A DNA stretch of 64,000 nt, taken from the NCBI GenBank assembly GCA_963693365.1, contig CAVNZM010000015.1, positions 1,736,001 to 1,800,000 of the forward strand, written 5' to 3'. The stretch is from Amoebidium appalachense. Taxonomy: Eukaryota > Protista > Ichthyosporea. Below are positions 11,431 to 64,000 of the stretch, one piece after another. The notes below the pieces were generated by a model. The model searched no databases. It saw only the letters and a list, made by a program, of their open reading frames with translations, and was not told the DNA's origin. Within the stretch, counting starts at the first letter, position 1, and every line of letters begins with the position of its first letter. The position numbers were made by a program, and so were the translations under genes.

Positions 11431-12327
11431 TCACACACGCACACACATACTCACACACGCACACCCCATATGCAGGTGGCGCCCGGTAGCCTGAACCTCA
11501 GTGCGCCCCCCTCCAAACCCGACCCCCTCTCGCTCTCCGCCATCTCCATGGGTGCCCTCGTCCCCTTTCCCTCCTCTCCAATGCAAATGACCCCCCGCCC
11601 GTCCTCCCCTCTCCGCACCCACCCCTCCAACCCCGCCTCCCCTCACGGGAGCCCACCACGCACACCCCCCCGCACTGCCACCACCACCGAGATGGTGCAC
11701 CAATCAAACTCCCTCGTTCGAGATTCCATCTATGCCGGCTCCCTAGTCACCGCTGTGCTCTTGCTCAAGGCGCCCAAGACCAACCCCCCCTCCACCTTCC
11801 AAACCGACCCTGAAGAGGATGAAGATGACGATGCGGATGTGAGCAACCTCACAGCGTACATCTTCAACTACACCCCACCAAACAACCCACACACCACCAT
11901 GCCCATCCCTTACTGCATCCCCACGGACACGGCAGTGAGCGTGAAGGCCCGTATGGGCATGTACGGGCAGAGGGCAGTCGACTCACTTGTGACTTTCTGG
12001 TACGGTGTGGTTCTGCGCTTGGGGGAGGACGTGTTCTCCCTCCCCCGCACCTCCCTTCACGTGTTCTTTGAGGAGTGCCCCACGGTGGCTTTCAATAGGG
12101 TGGGTCAGCTGTTCTTCAATCTGTACACTTTCATGCGCAACAACCAGTCGCTGGACGAGAGCACTTTGTTCCACTGGTACACCGTGTTCTGCCATGAGAT
12201 TGGTCACAACAGGGGGAATCTCAGCCACGGGAAGGTGCACGGGAACGCGACGGAGGGGCTGATTGTGTCTGCATATGGGAAGTTTCGTGATATGGTGGGG
12301 AGGGGTCTGTATCTGAAGGACTTCTGA
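6500..12327 (+). CDS. GHKL (HATPase_c-like) ATPase fused to a C-terminal HEXXH zincin-like domain; 4 exons
   Basis: Exons 6500-7592, 9307-9608, 10260-10772 and 11476-12327 are all GT-AG and phase-consistent. The N-terminus has YSAHWAPSVRELIQNCYD (ExxxN), FINFG and LDIGQSNK...AGHFGEGLK. The C-terminus has VAFNRVGQLFFN...WYTVFCHEIGHNRGNLSH. Confidence 0.85.
7705..8318 (+). repeat. ~310-bp tandem duplication in intron 1 of the GHKL gene
   Basis: cacacatacaaccagccat...gagtgccctgatcaa...cccgtttaag.ccttgctctcccc occurs twice (~7705-8005 and ~8014-8318) with scattered differences. Confidence 0.85.
8321..8663 (+). repeat. Structured intronic element, copy 1 (slightly 5'-truncated)
   Basis: Near-identical to 8775-9115 and to the reverse complements of 25178-25422 and 59191-59563. 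Confidence 0.92.
8728..9115 (+). repeat. Structured intronic element, copy 2 (longest, ~390 nt)
   Basis: Runs from ccatgcaaccgggcatggttgc to gttccgcattcaaac and is followed by a C-run. It contains several long stems. Confidence 0.92.
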
Positions 12328-12891
12328 ATCTGATACAGGCTGCTCCTTGAATGAAACACGACAAACACGAAACCGACACATGTACTGTGTGACGTATGCA
12401 TCGAAGCAGTACCTGGGCAAACATTTACTGTTGTTGTCCCATAGCACCTGGCGCCAAAATGCTACAACTCGAATGCAAATTCTTAAATCTTGAACGACGT
12501 TTTTTCACCTCACCACATTCTCTTCTGGCTTGTAAATCCATCTTCACCGAGTGCACCTAACCCTGCGACGGCCTTCTGTATGTACTCGAGATGTTCCAAA
12601 ACTCTACTTCGGGTCATAATCGAGTGACTGTTGACCGATCGGTTCTATATACTGGCTGTTCAGCCTGTTTGTACGAAACATGTAATATGCAAGTAAGTGT
12701 TTGTATTACTAACATTAGAAGACTGATGTTAGATGCCACCGATTATTTGTATTCTAATTGCTGCCATGCATGCAATCATTTAAACATTGGTACAGTAACT
12801 GAGTCTATCAAGTGTCTTTCTGTACGTATATACCAAGTCGTGCTACAGTTGTTCTGTCTGTATTGCGTAAATTATCTACATAAATCCAGCC

Positions 12892-22973
<10,082 letters not shown>

Positions 22974-23966
22974 ACACGTGCGTCGCGCGCGCACGCGCTT
23001 GTGTGTGTTGTTGTGTGGGTGTGTGGGTGGTGGTGGTGGTTGGGGGGGGGGTTAGGCAGAGTTCCGGTGTGTGGTTGTATACACGATATGCATTCGTTTG
23101 GCTGTTCGCGAAGTGTCATACAGATCGATGTTGTGCCAAGGCCGGACGACAAGGAGGCCTTGTGTTGTGCTGGGGCGGCGGCCGCGGCGGGGAGGGGGGG
23201 GGGGGGGGGGGGGCAGCCTGGACAGGTTTGCATTATGATGCATGTCCATTTTGTGTTGGAATACAAGCTGGGTATGTGTTGTCTGTTCTGCCATTATGTA
23301 TTATGATGAATGTCCATTGGGCATGTGTTTTCTGCTCTGCCATTCTTCCGGTTATTAATTCTTAATATTGATTTGGGGTTTTCGGAAAGTGTGTGCGTGT
23401 GTGTGTGTGTGCGAGGTGGTGTGGTGTGATGTGTGTGTTGGGATGGGGGAGGGGGAAGGGGGGGAAGGAACACTGCTTGGCACGGTTTCTTTTTACACAC
23501 TGTGCAGGTAATCTATTTGTGGGATGGCCCAAGCATCACCAGGACACTACAGACTATATACGGTGGGCCATCCGTCATAGTTCGTCAATGTGCAATATAA
23601 GAAGCAGCATCGGTGCACACGCAAGCATGTGCTAGGGTGGCTCGATGGAGCTTCAAAAAGCAAGCATTCACTAGAATATAAACATTAACATAACAACAAT
23701 TATGTTTGGTGTGTGTGTGTGTTGTGTGTGTGACACATGTATGTATATATATCCACAATTGAAAAGCTGGGATTTTCTTGTACATAAATGTATATGGTAT
23801 ATGGTAGAAAAAACAAGTCCCATAGAGGGAACTCGCTATGCATCACCCCCCCTCCTAGGCACAATATATGGTACACGCGCGTGCAAAAAGCAGAGCAGCC
23901 ATCACACCACATATATTTTCAAAATATCACAAATTTTTCGGGTTTTTGGTTTTCAGAAATTCGGAA

Positions 23967-25034
23967 CTATTCGACCTTCTTGGCTTTCTTGGCCTCGCCG
24001 TTAGCAGTTACGGGCTTGGCCTTGGGGTGAGCCTTAAACACATACCGCTTAAGAAGGAACTCAAGGAAAAGCGCAAAGTAGCTCGCATACATAGCAGCGC
24101 ACCAGAAAAGGTTATCCCCGCGAACGTGGCACTTATCCTCCTCCCCGAGGTGCACCTTATAGTAGTAAGTGGCGCCGCACACAAAGATCCCCACAGCCAT
24201 CTGAGACAGCTGCATCATGGTGATGAACAGCGGGTTGATCCATGCAGGCTTAGCGTTGACGGCCATAAGGAAGTAATAGAAGTACATGATGGCGTGCACA
24301 CTGTAGTTCATTGCGACGAAATAAAGGCCAGCGCTAGACTGTGTTGCAAAGGCGTGCCAGCAGAACAGGAGCACGGTGATGTGGTGGTACCAGTGAAGGA
24401 AGATGAGGGGCTTTTTGCGCAAAACAATGAACACCGTGTCGCCTAGCTCAGGGAGCTTCGAGTAGATGAACAGGCCAGTCCACAGGCCCGAAGCACCGAA
24501 ACCGTACGACTCGGGTGCCTGGTTGCATACAGTGTAGTGGAAACCCTCGACAAACAGGTTGTTAAGGAGGTGGGGGACAGTGCGGACGGCACCGAAAAAC
24601 GAGAACGTGGCAAGGAGGAGGTTCCATGCGGCAAGGGAGCGCTTGAGACCGAACGGCTGCCTGTTCTTCATCAGAGCCTACGGGGGTGGGGGGCAGAGAG
24701 GGGGGGGGGGGGGGGGGGTTAGCATGAGGTACACAGAGTGTGTGAGTGTCGTGTGTGTGTGTGTGTGTGTGTGCATGTGCACACACATGCTTGTGTGTGA
24801 GGGGGGTGTGTTGGGGTGTGTTGGTGGTGGTTGTGGTGGTGATGGGGGGGAGGGGATGCAAGGATGCTGAGAACGACAGGGTCGAGAAGGGATTTAGTAA
24901 GGGGAGGAGGCAGGTGATCGTGGCAAGTGAAGGAACGGAGAGACACTTGTGTAAAGCACGTGCTTATTTGAACGGTTGCACAGAACTATGCATATGCGTG
25001 GGGATGCTGAGGTGCACCCGGAACCGGGGGAATG

Positions 25035-25078
<44 letters not shown>

Positions 25079-26848
25079 GGGTGGGAGGGGCGGGGCGGGA
25101 GAGGGGACGGGGGGTGCATCAGCATGAGAGGTGTAGAGGGGATGGATGAGAGGGGGGGGGGGGGGGGGGGGGGGGGGTTTTGAATGCGGAACACAGTACG
25201 AAGTACGCATACACGATGAGAAGCATGGTGCAGGACACATGCAAAGGCAAACATTCAAGTATGCAGCATCAGCCATGCGCACAGTATGCGTCATAAGCAG
25301 AGCCCATCCTCAGGGAGGGCCCAAGTCATCAATTGCGTCTGAGTTTCGACCCCTTAGCCCGCGTATATACGACGCTCCAACTCAGACAGCAGCATCAACT
25401 GAACTTGGGTGGGTCAACCCGTGGGGGGAGGGCATCAGCATGTAAGGTGTAAAAGCGCTTGCAGGACACCCAGTACGGGGCTAAGACCCAAAGGATGTGT
25501 GTTTATGCAATGTGTGCATGTGTGTGTTTGGGGGAGGCGGGGAGGGGGGAGAGGGGCTAAGTTATGGTTGTGGTGTGGTGTGGTCGGCGAGCGATGGAGG
25601 ATGATACTTTGCATGCAACTTAACACGGAAAGATGGCTTGGGGGATATCTTCGCAATTGTCTTGTTTTATTTTAAGAGAGGGGGGGGGGGGGGGGAAGGG
25701 AGAGGTGGGGAAAGAATAGTTCATGTGCTTGCCTGTGTGTGCTTGGCAGCTGGACACAAAAAGAAGCGCAAGCAGACAACACGCTCAAGAAAGGCAGTTT
25801 GCGAGTAGGCCAATTCGCGTCTAGTGTCTGTGTAGTACTTAACTGTAGGCCAATCCGCGTCTAGTGTCTGTGTCGTACTAAACTGGTGCGCCGTTCCCAA
25901 AGAAAGTGCGTGTATTTGCGGGTGGCGCGTGTGAATGACAGTGCACGAGTATGTGTGTGCACGTTTGGGGGAGGGGAGGGGGAGAGAGAGAGAGAGGGAG
26001 AGGGGGGGGGAGGGAGGAAAGGGGTATGTGTGTGCAGTATATGCAGGCCCTAGAGATACACAGCAGCCAACACAGTGAGTGTCAGTGTACAACCAAATGA
26101 AAGCAAATAGATAGAAATAGGATGAGTGCACGACGACAGCGTTCAGAAGCTCAATTGGACAGGTATACGATGTGTTTGTGTGCAGAGTGGGGAGGATGAA
26201 GAGGGGAGGGGTGAAGAGGGAGCTGAGCCTTTAAGGTTACTAGGGGCAGTGCACGTAAAGAAAGAGCCGTCTGTGGTAAATAGTCGACGTCCACACGTGG
26301 AAACCTGTGATTGAACAAGCCAAGCCTATCAGCGAATTTAACGTTTTGGCGGAAGGGGAAGAAGGAGAGAGCGGAGGGAGGGGGGGGGGGGGGGGGGGGG
26401 GGAGGGTCAAGGGAGGGGAAGGAAAGGTAAGGTGGGGTGGAGAGGGGGGGGAGGAGGGGGGTTCGAGCAAGTTGAGCAGTGTGGTGAGAGATAAAAGTAT
26501 GTTGCAAGGAAAGACAGCTCGCGGCAACCCGGCCGGAACTAGAACAGTGAACACGTGCTCCAGCAAAAAGGGAGGAGTGACCAGGAAAAATAGGCAGTCA
26601 AAGTAGGGATCTTAGCTCACCTGGACGCCAAAGCAGAAGACGAGGTACACAGCCGAGGCGATAAACGGTTGGTGGATGGTGTTAGTGGCATACTCAGCCC
26701 AGGTGTAGCCGTTGAACTTGTTCTCCCACTCGAAGGGGAAGAGGGGCTTGAGACTAGGGTAGTAGTTGAAAAGCTGTTTAAAATCATGGTGAAGGGTTCC
26801 GTTCTCGAAGGACCAGTGTGTCCCGTGGTCCACCATAGAGTAAGACAT
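23967..26848 (-). CDS. ELO/GNS1/SUR4-family fatty acid elongase (ELOVL3/6-like), 2 exons, ~312 aa
   Basis: Exon 1 is 26848-26621 (donor cag|gtgagc) and exon 2 is 24677-23967 (acceptor cgtag|gct). Family motifs: WNLLLATFS, SKLPELGDTVFIVLRKKPLIFLHWYHH, AMNYSVHAIMYFYY, ITMMQLSQM, and a C-terminal lysine-rich ER-retention-like tail (KKAKKVE). Confidence 0.96.
25178..25422 (-). repeat. Structured intronic element, copy 3 (5'-truncated), in the elongase intron
   Basis: Reverse complement of ~8870-9115 with few substitutions. Its 3' end abuts a C-run on the - strand. Confidence 0.92.
25804..25885. repeat. ~41-bp tandem duplication
   Basis: gtaggccaat(t/c)cgcgtctagtgtctgtgt(a/c)gtact(t/a)aactg occurs twice. 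Confidence 0.85.
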
Positions 26849-27803
26849 TTTGAAAATTGAACTTGGGGCCCTAAAAATGGTGAAATAAGGTAAAACAAAA
26901 ACAACTAAAAGTAGTGAAAAAAGTGGTCAAACTACACTGGTGTCAACGAAACAGAGACGCCGCGTTTATAAATGAAGCGACAGTGAGACGAGCAGTTTTT
27001 GGATTCGCCCCAAAAAAGCTGGCGACAGATCTGCGTGAGTTGTAACCAATCAAACTGTGCTTTGTTTCCCAACACCTTCGGAGATGTCACGCGGTCGACT
27101 CGATTAAATTAGTTTTGGGGTACTGTTTTTTTGACAGGTATCAAGGTGGTGCTATCAATATGTTTATTTTGATATATGAATGTACTTGTCATTACATAGG
27201 AAATCTTGACAGCGAGTTGTATTGAGTTGCTGCCGGCCGGCGTGGAGCTATGCGCACAGTGAATGCTCTTCCAATCACACAGGCGGATGGTCGTATACCA
27301 GATTTATGCTAGCCAACCTGTAGCTTCCGTAACAGCAATGAGTATGTCTTTTAGTTTATTTAATGCAAATATGAAACCTACAATATTCAAGAGAATACTA
27401 AAAGCATCAAAAGCTGTTAAAGACTCTTCTTTCCATAAGTACCTCTAGGTATAGCCTCCGCGACACCATATCGACTGATATTTACCCTCCTCTTTAACTG
27501 CCAGAACAGCAATACATGATATCTAAGTTTAAATATACATCAAAGCCACACTAACATGTTAAATTCAAAAATAAATCTGTAACAGAGCATTCCCATTTGC
27601 CGTTCAGGATAGATAGGGCTGATGAAAATTTTGCCGCTTCACATTGTCGGGTTGTGAAACGGGAAAGCACGTGTGAGCGATCACGCGCGCGCAAAATGCA
27701 GCAGTGCCACAGGCCGTTATACACCACAACAACTTGCACAGTGAAAATTTCGAAGCCCCAAAAGGTGAAACCGAAAAGACTTACACGCAGCCTAACCCTC
27801 CCC

Positions 27804-27866
<63 letters not shown>

Positions 27867-28342
27867 TTTTCTCGGGCCCTTTTGCTCCCTTCCCTTCTGT
27901 ACACTTTCCGTCACTGTCATCGTCATCCCATCCCTCTCAACTTCCCCATGCAGACAAGAGGTCTTTGTTCTCAAATTCTCTTTTCAAACAAGCACGCCTA
28001 GTACGCAGGGCTGGTGCGGCGTGTGGCACCACTGATATCCACTACGAATGGCTCGAGCGAACAATAAAAAATAAAGAGCCAAACAATTCGGTGTCGGCCT
28101 TCACAACAAGATCCACTGCAGATCATGGGATCCACTGAGGATGGGTCGATGTTCTCACAGCAGTCGGTGGAGACAAGACACAAGGACATGCTCCCAGTCA
28201 TCTTTGAACGAGCCCAACCTGTTATTTTTTTCTATTTTTCTTTTACCGAGAGGATGTGGGTTCATTCTCCGATTAGGAGCAAAACATTGGTATGTAGATT
28301 CGCACTTGTGCCATTCGCGTCGGCCTAACGGTAAAGTTGCCA

Positions 28343-28381
<39 letters not shown>

Positions 28382-28436
28382 ACCCCGCCCCACACACACA
28401 CCTTCTCATCCATTATCCGGCCCTCTGGCCTGTTAT

Positions 28437-28492
28437 ATAATGGGACGCCGTAAGCTACAGGCTTAATCGTGGAGTGAAGTGTGACGACAATT

Positions 28493-28535
<43 letters not shown>

Positions 28536-28645
28536 TCTCCCCCCCCCCCCCCCCCCCACCCTTCCCCCTGCCCCCTCTCCCCCCCCCGCCCTCCAGGGGG
28601 ACCACCCTTTCTCCCTTAAACACACACCCCACCCAACTACCACCA

Positions 28646-28697
<52 letters not shown>

Positions 28698-28897
28698 TCT
28701 CTCTCTCTCTCATAATGGGACGCCGTAAGCTACAGGCTTAATCGTGGAGTGAATGTGACGACAATTCTCCCCCCCCCCCCCTCTCTCTCTCCCCCCCCCC
28801 CCCCCCCCACCCTTCCCCCTGCCCCCTCTCCCCCCCCCCGCCCTCCAGGGGGACCACCCTTTCTCCCTTAAACACACACCCCACCCAACTACCACCA

Positions 28898-28975
<78 letters not shown>
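28437..28975. repeat. ~275-bp tandem duplication (intergenic)
   Basis: ataatgggacgccgtaagctacaggcttaatcgtggagtgaa...gccctccagggggaccaccctt...(CA)n(CT)n occurs twice, starting at 28437 and 28712. Confidence 0.9.
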
Positions 28976-28984
<9 letters not shown>

Positions 28985-30471
28985 ACTCACTCACTCACTC
29001 ACTCACACACACCGTCACATACACACACACACACATACAAAAACACGCACACACATTCGCACACGCACACACATGCGCGCGCGTGCACACACACACACCA
29101 CCACCATCCGAGTCAAACACCACCGCACACACTGATGTGTACTTTCACATCTCACCTCCTCTGTCCCCTTTCTCTCCCGCACAATTGAGACTGTCACACG
29201 CCCCGAAGAACACATATACCTTGATATAAAACACGCAGAAATGTACAGTTTACGTTCCATGACGCTACCTATGTCAACATTGTGGAGCAGGACGCACTAG
29301 TGCACCGAAACACTTCATCTCCAATACACAGGCACACGTAACCATGCAGGCGGCAGAGATACAGGCGTGCATAACGCAGGCACGTGAGGGGTGCACAGAT
29401 CCGAAACAGCACACAATGTCATATACGGCGCCGGGTGCCCCCCGCAAACAACACGGACATTACCAGATATGATACACACTTACACTTGGTATATCACATA
29501 CAGCTGACATACAGACATATATAGCACACACACACACACGTGCACACACTGCACACACACGCACACACGCACAGACACACACGGACGCACACACACACAC
29601 ACATGTGCACACAGCACACACGACACACACGCACACACACACACACACACGCACACCATTTCCACATACCGTTACGTCATATCCAAAAACTACAGACATA
29701 AGCAATGATTCCACATGTGCAGATGGTTGTTATCACTCTCCGTTCAAGTCGTGGCAAGCTGCCAGCTCCAGCGCTGTTTTAACCGTTTACACATTCTGTA
29801 ACTCCACATATATGACGTATATCTTGTATGTCATATCTCCACGTAGGATGAATATCCTGCAACGTCGTTTTTTCATACATGCGTACACGTATCTTGTCGG
29901 GTAGAAGTGCTGTTGGCCGTGGTGTCGACACATAATCACAGCTTACGTGCCACATCTTTAATAAACAGCACATCCTGAAATACATGGCAGCAGATATTTA
30001 TTTAAAAAAAATTGGACGTATCTATATTGGCACGTGCACCTTCTTCTTCTCTCTGGAGTTAAGGCTACTTCACAACCAACATACATTTACCTAAGTCCAG
30101 GCTATTACAACCTAGGTCCTATTACTTTACCTAAATCTAGACTCATGCGATGGCATGCATATGCACAACCTAAACCTTACTTGTCATGTGTTTTAAACTC
30201 ATATGCATAGATTACACTGCGAGGAAACTTTTGGAGCTACAAGAGAAAGCTCGGCAAATTATTCACTTTCGCAGTTCTGTAGCCACAATAAGTGCTTGAT
30301 GTGGTACCCCACACACACTATCTTTTTTGCCACTAAGACAATAAAAGTATAGGGTAGGATACGACGTACACGTGTACATAAGATCGACGATGAAAACCAC
30401 ACGACTGGACACGTGTGTGGCCAAAAACAACTAGAAAACAAAACAAACCAAACCAAGAGTGATATATATAT

Positions 30472-30502
<31 letters not shown>

Positions 30503-30504
30503 GT

Positions 30505-30535
<31 letters not shown>

Positions 30536-30716
30536 TGAGAGAGAGAGAGAGAGAGATGAGTTTGCACTTGGCAAGGGGATCAAAAATAAACCCCTCAAGC
30601 CATCGATAGCCCTTTGCAAACCCCGTGGCTACATAATGGACCCAAAGGCGGCGCAGTCCTTCCATACCCGCAAGTTGGCTCCTTTTAAACCCCTTCTTAA
30701 ATTTATAGCGACGATT

Positions 30717-45008
<14,292 letters not shown>

Positions 45009-45871
45009 TTTGGGGTGTTTTCTTATTTTATCTTCCAAAGAGAAACGAGGGGAAGCTTGGGTGCTGATTCACAGGCGATGGCGGATTGTGAAGATGTTAG
45101 TGGAGTAGGCTTTAGTGGTTGGAATAGCTTACAGGTAGATGTTTTGGTCGATGCCTAAACCATGTACAGATGTAGGCCTGACCGAGCAACAGGAATATAA
45201 AGAGAATGTATGGTGTATTAGCAGAGGGGAAGGCTGTGACATACATACAGTGAGACTGTACAATACACGCATAAAACCGTTTCGTTTTGCCATGTTTTGC
45301 ACGTGTCCAAGGTTTCCAACGGTCGAAGAATGCAAATGGAATGTAGTGTTTACTCACTAGAAGAGATGAGGAATTATTGAGGAGCAAAGTTCAAACGGGG
45401 CCAAAAGTTTTTGACTGGAAAGTTCAGAAGCAACAGTGATTGGATCATTTTATACTTTTCTATTTAAACCAATTGCTATGGAGATAACATTACTATATTT
45501 GGTTCAAAGTGAGAAATCGGTTAAAACTGGAATTCACCTCACGTGCACCATCGATATCGACAACATTTTGTGTAGTGAGTCAGTGACGGGCTGTACATGC
45601 ACATGCGTGTGCCTCACATGTGTACACATGTCAGGCTGTGCCACTCATGATGACTCATTGAATAACCACGCCGTCTGGTGCACGCGGGTGCTCAACGTTT
45701 TGGAGGTTTTGGAGCAAAATATCTCGTAACATATTTTACTGCACACGTTCACACGGGAATACACTGTATCCTGATCCTTTCTTAGGAGCGTTATGCATGA
45801 GCCGCTTACGTAGCTGAGTGGCGCTCGACTCGAAGTCTCGCTCTTTCCCCCTCCTAGAGCTCTTGCACTGT

Positions 45872-45930
<59 letters not shown>

Positions 45931-46168
45931 CCCCTCTCTCTCGCCCTCGCTCTCCCTCTCTCCCCCCCCCCCCCCCCTCCCCCCTCCCTCCCTCTCTGTG
46001 CTCTCTCTCTCTCCTAGCCTCTGTCTCTGTCTGACTTTCTCTCCTCCACCGCCCCTAGCTCCCCACAGAGGCTCCCCCCCCCCCCCCCCCCCCCCCCCTC
46101 CAACCCCTCCGGGAGGCTGTCTCTATTAGAATCTCCCTCTTCCTCCCTTACTTCCTCCGTCCCTCCCT

Positions 46169-46199
<31 letters not shown>

Positions 46200-47479
46200 T
46201 CTCTCCGAGGCTCTCTCTCTCTCTCTTTACGACTCTGGCTCCCTCTGCCTCTAGACTTTCTCTCCCTCCCTCCCTCTCCCTCTCTCTTTCTCGCTGGCTC
46301 CCTTTCCCTCTAGTCTTTCTCTCTCTCCCTCCCCCCTCCCCTTCCCTCTCTCTCTCTCCCTCCCCCCCCCCCCCCCCCCCCCCGCGCCCCACCTCTCAAC
46401 TCATCCAGAGATCCCGCTCCTCAAAGCACACTTTCATGCATGATGAGCATCAATTGCAATGGTTGACTGGCAAACCCCCAGTTACCCACTGGCAGATGCA
46501 ACTGGAGGCATACAGAAGCACAATGGGTTTGTCAATTATTGAGCGACGTTTCATTTCCTCATTCGGCAAAGCTTCTGTTAACGAAACAGCAATCATACGT
46601 ACATGGACGTGAAATATCCATAGTTCACCTTCCTTTGCCAAAAGACAAGAGTGCACAGGTTCAACAACGAACGGGAAAAAAATGTTAAAAAATAACAGAA
46701 AGTTTAAATAACCTGATTATCTCGAGCCATCCAAACTAGATAACTCCTCTGTGTGAACAAGTGGTGTTAAAATGGACGGTCTGGCTGATTCATTCGAAGA
46801 TACTTCAAGCATTCTACACATGCGAACCTAAACACATGGCTACATCGCCCATTTTCTTAGGAAAATCTTTTGCTTATAACACCAGCCAACCACTGTAACA
46901 CGAATATATATCATTACCACTGTGAGTACCCGAATTCAAATAACAGAAACAATACAAACTTCAAGAAAATCATGCCGGCATAGATTAAAATTTGGTGCAT
47001 TCTCACCGAAACAACTCACCTACTTACATAACACATTACACTATACATTCGTAGACCACTCACGGACACACAAACATCATTTCTGCTACATACTCCAATT
47101 CTTGTTACGGCCAGTTAACCTCTTCTTCTAAATAACAGACTGAGCCAAATATGATATATCATGTTAATATTTTTTAAAGCACAACCTATACAAATTCAGA
47201 AAAAGTTAAAAAATCGAAATTGCTAAACGGGTTCGTGGCCACATTTTCACCTACTTAACTTATGCCAAGAACCGCCTCAACCTTAGAAATATTAATAAAA
47301 AGCACACAGATTACATTTACTGCTTTATTCACTGGTACACACAACCATAATATCCATTAAAATACCACAATGACTAGTTTTAAGAAGAGTTGTCTGCTCT
47401 AGAATTTACCGTTGTTGATAGCGTCCCTGATTCCATACCTCTGTCCTTAAATTTTAGTGTGTTGCAGTCGACCTTCACC

Positions 47480-63593
<16,114 letters not shown>

Positions 63594-63605
63594 CTGTGTG
63601 TGTGT

Positions 63606-63649
<44 letters not shown>

Positions 63650-64000
63650 GGGGGGGGGAGGATGTAAGCATTAGAGGGTTGGACATATGGAAGAGACACC
63701 AAATGGTTATGTGTAAAACGTCACGGGGAGGGGGGGAGGAAGGGGGGGGAAGGATTTGAACACGTGCATGCTTCGAGTGTGCACACACCACATACACACA
63801 CGCACACACTCTTTCTCTTCCTCCCCCTTCCCCCAACCCCCTTCCCCACTCCCCCTCCCCCCCCCCCTACACACGCACCCACACACATACACAACCCCCA
63901 CCCCCTTTCCCCCCTCTTCCTCCCCTCCCCCTCTTTTTTCCCTCGTGCTTTCACGCGCGCCTGTTTGGCCTGTTCGCTTTTCTTTATCCCAAAAAAAGAG

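Noticed and set aside
12430-12625. Minus-strand decayed coding-like text (RVLEHLEYIQKAVAGLGALGEDGF)
   Set aside because: Multiple stops and no identifiable homology.
26960-27050. TATA-like (tttataaat) and CCAAT motifs upstream of the elongase
   Set aside because: Short motifs with no transcription start evidence, so not supportable as a feature.

Overview
Intron-rich, microsatellite- and homopolymer-rich eukaryotic genomic DNA, probably from a unicellular eukaryote; the taxon cannot be fixed from sequence alone. Most ORFs in the supplied track are artefacts of poly(C/G), (CA)n and (CT)n tracts. By hand I could splice four protein-coding genes with phase-consistent GT-AG introns: (1) a + strand GHKL-ATPase/HEXXH-zincin fusion (6500-12327); (2) a - strand ELO/ELOVL fatty-acid elongase (23967-26848); (3) an 18-exon - strand zeta-toxin-like P-loop protein, similar to a plant family, with an inserted CxxS thioredoxin-like domain (30717-45008); (4) a - strand LCAT/PDAT acyltransferase with a C1 domain and an inserted C2-like domain (47480 to beyond 63593, 5' end outside the window). 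The window also holds a tRNA-Met, a decayed LINE, Helentron/DINE-like repeats and a ~10 kb modular tandem array. The most striking unexplained signal is a ~390-nt, highly base-paired element. It occurs four times, always inside introns of three unrelated genes, always in the host-sense orientation and always ending at a C-run. Two further single-copy structured intronic segments may be related to each other.
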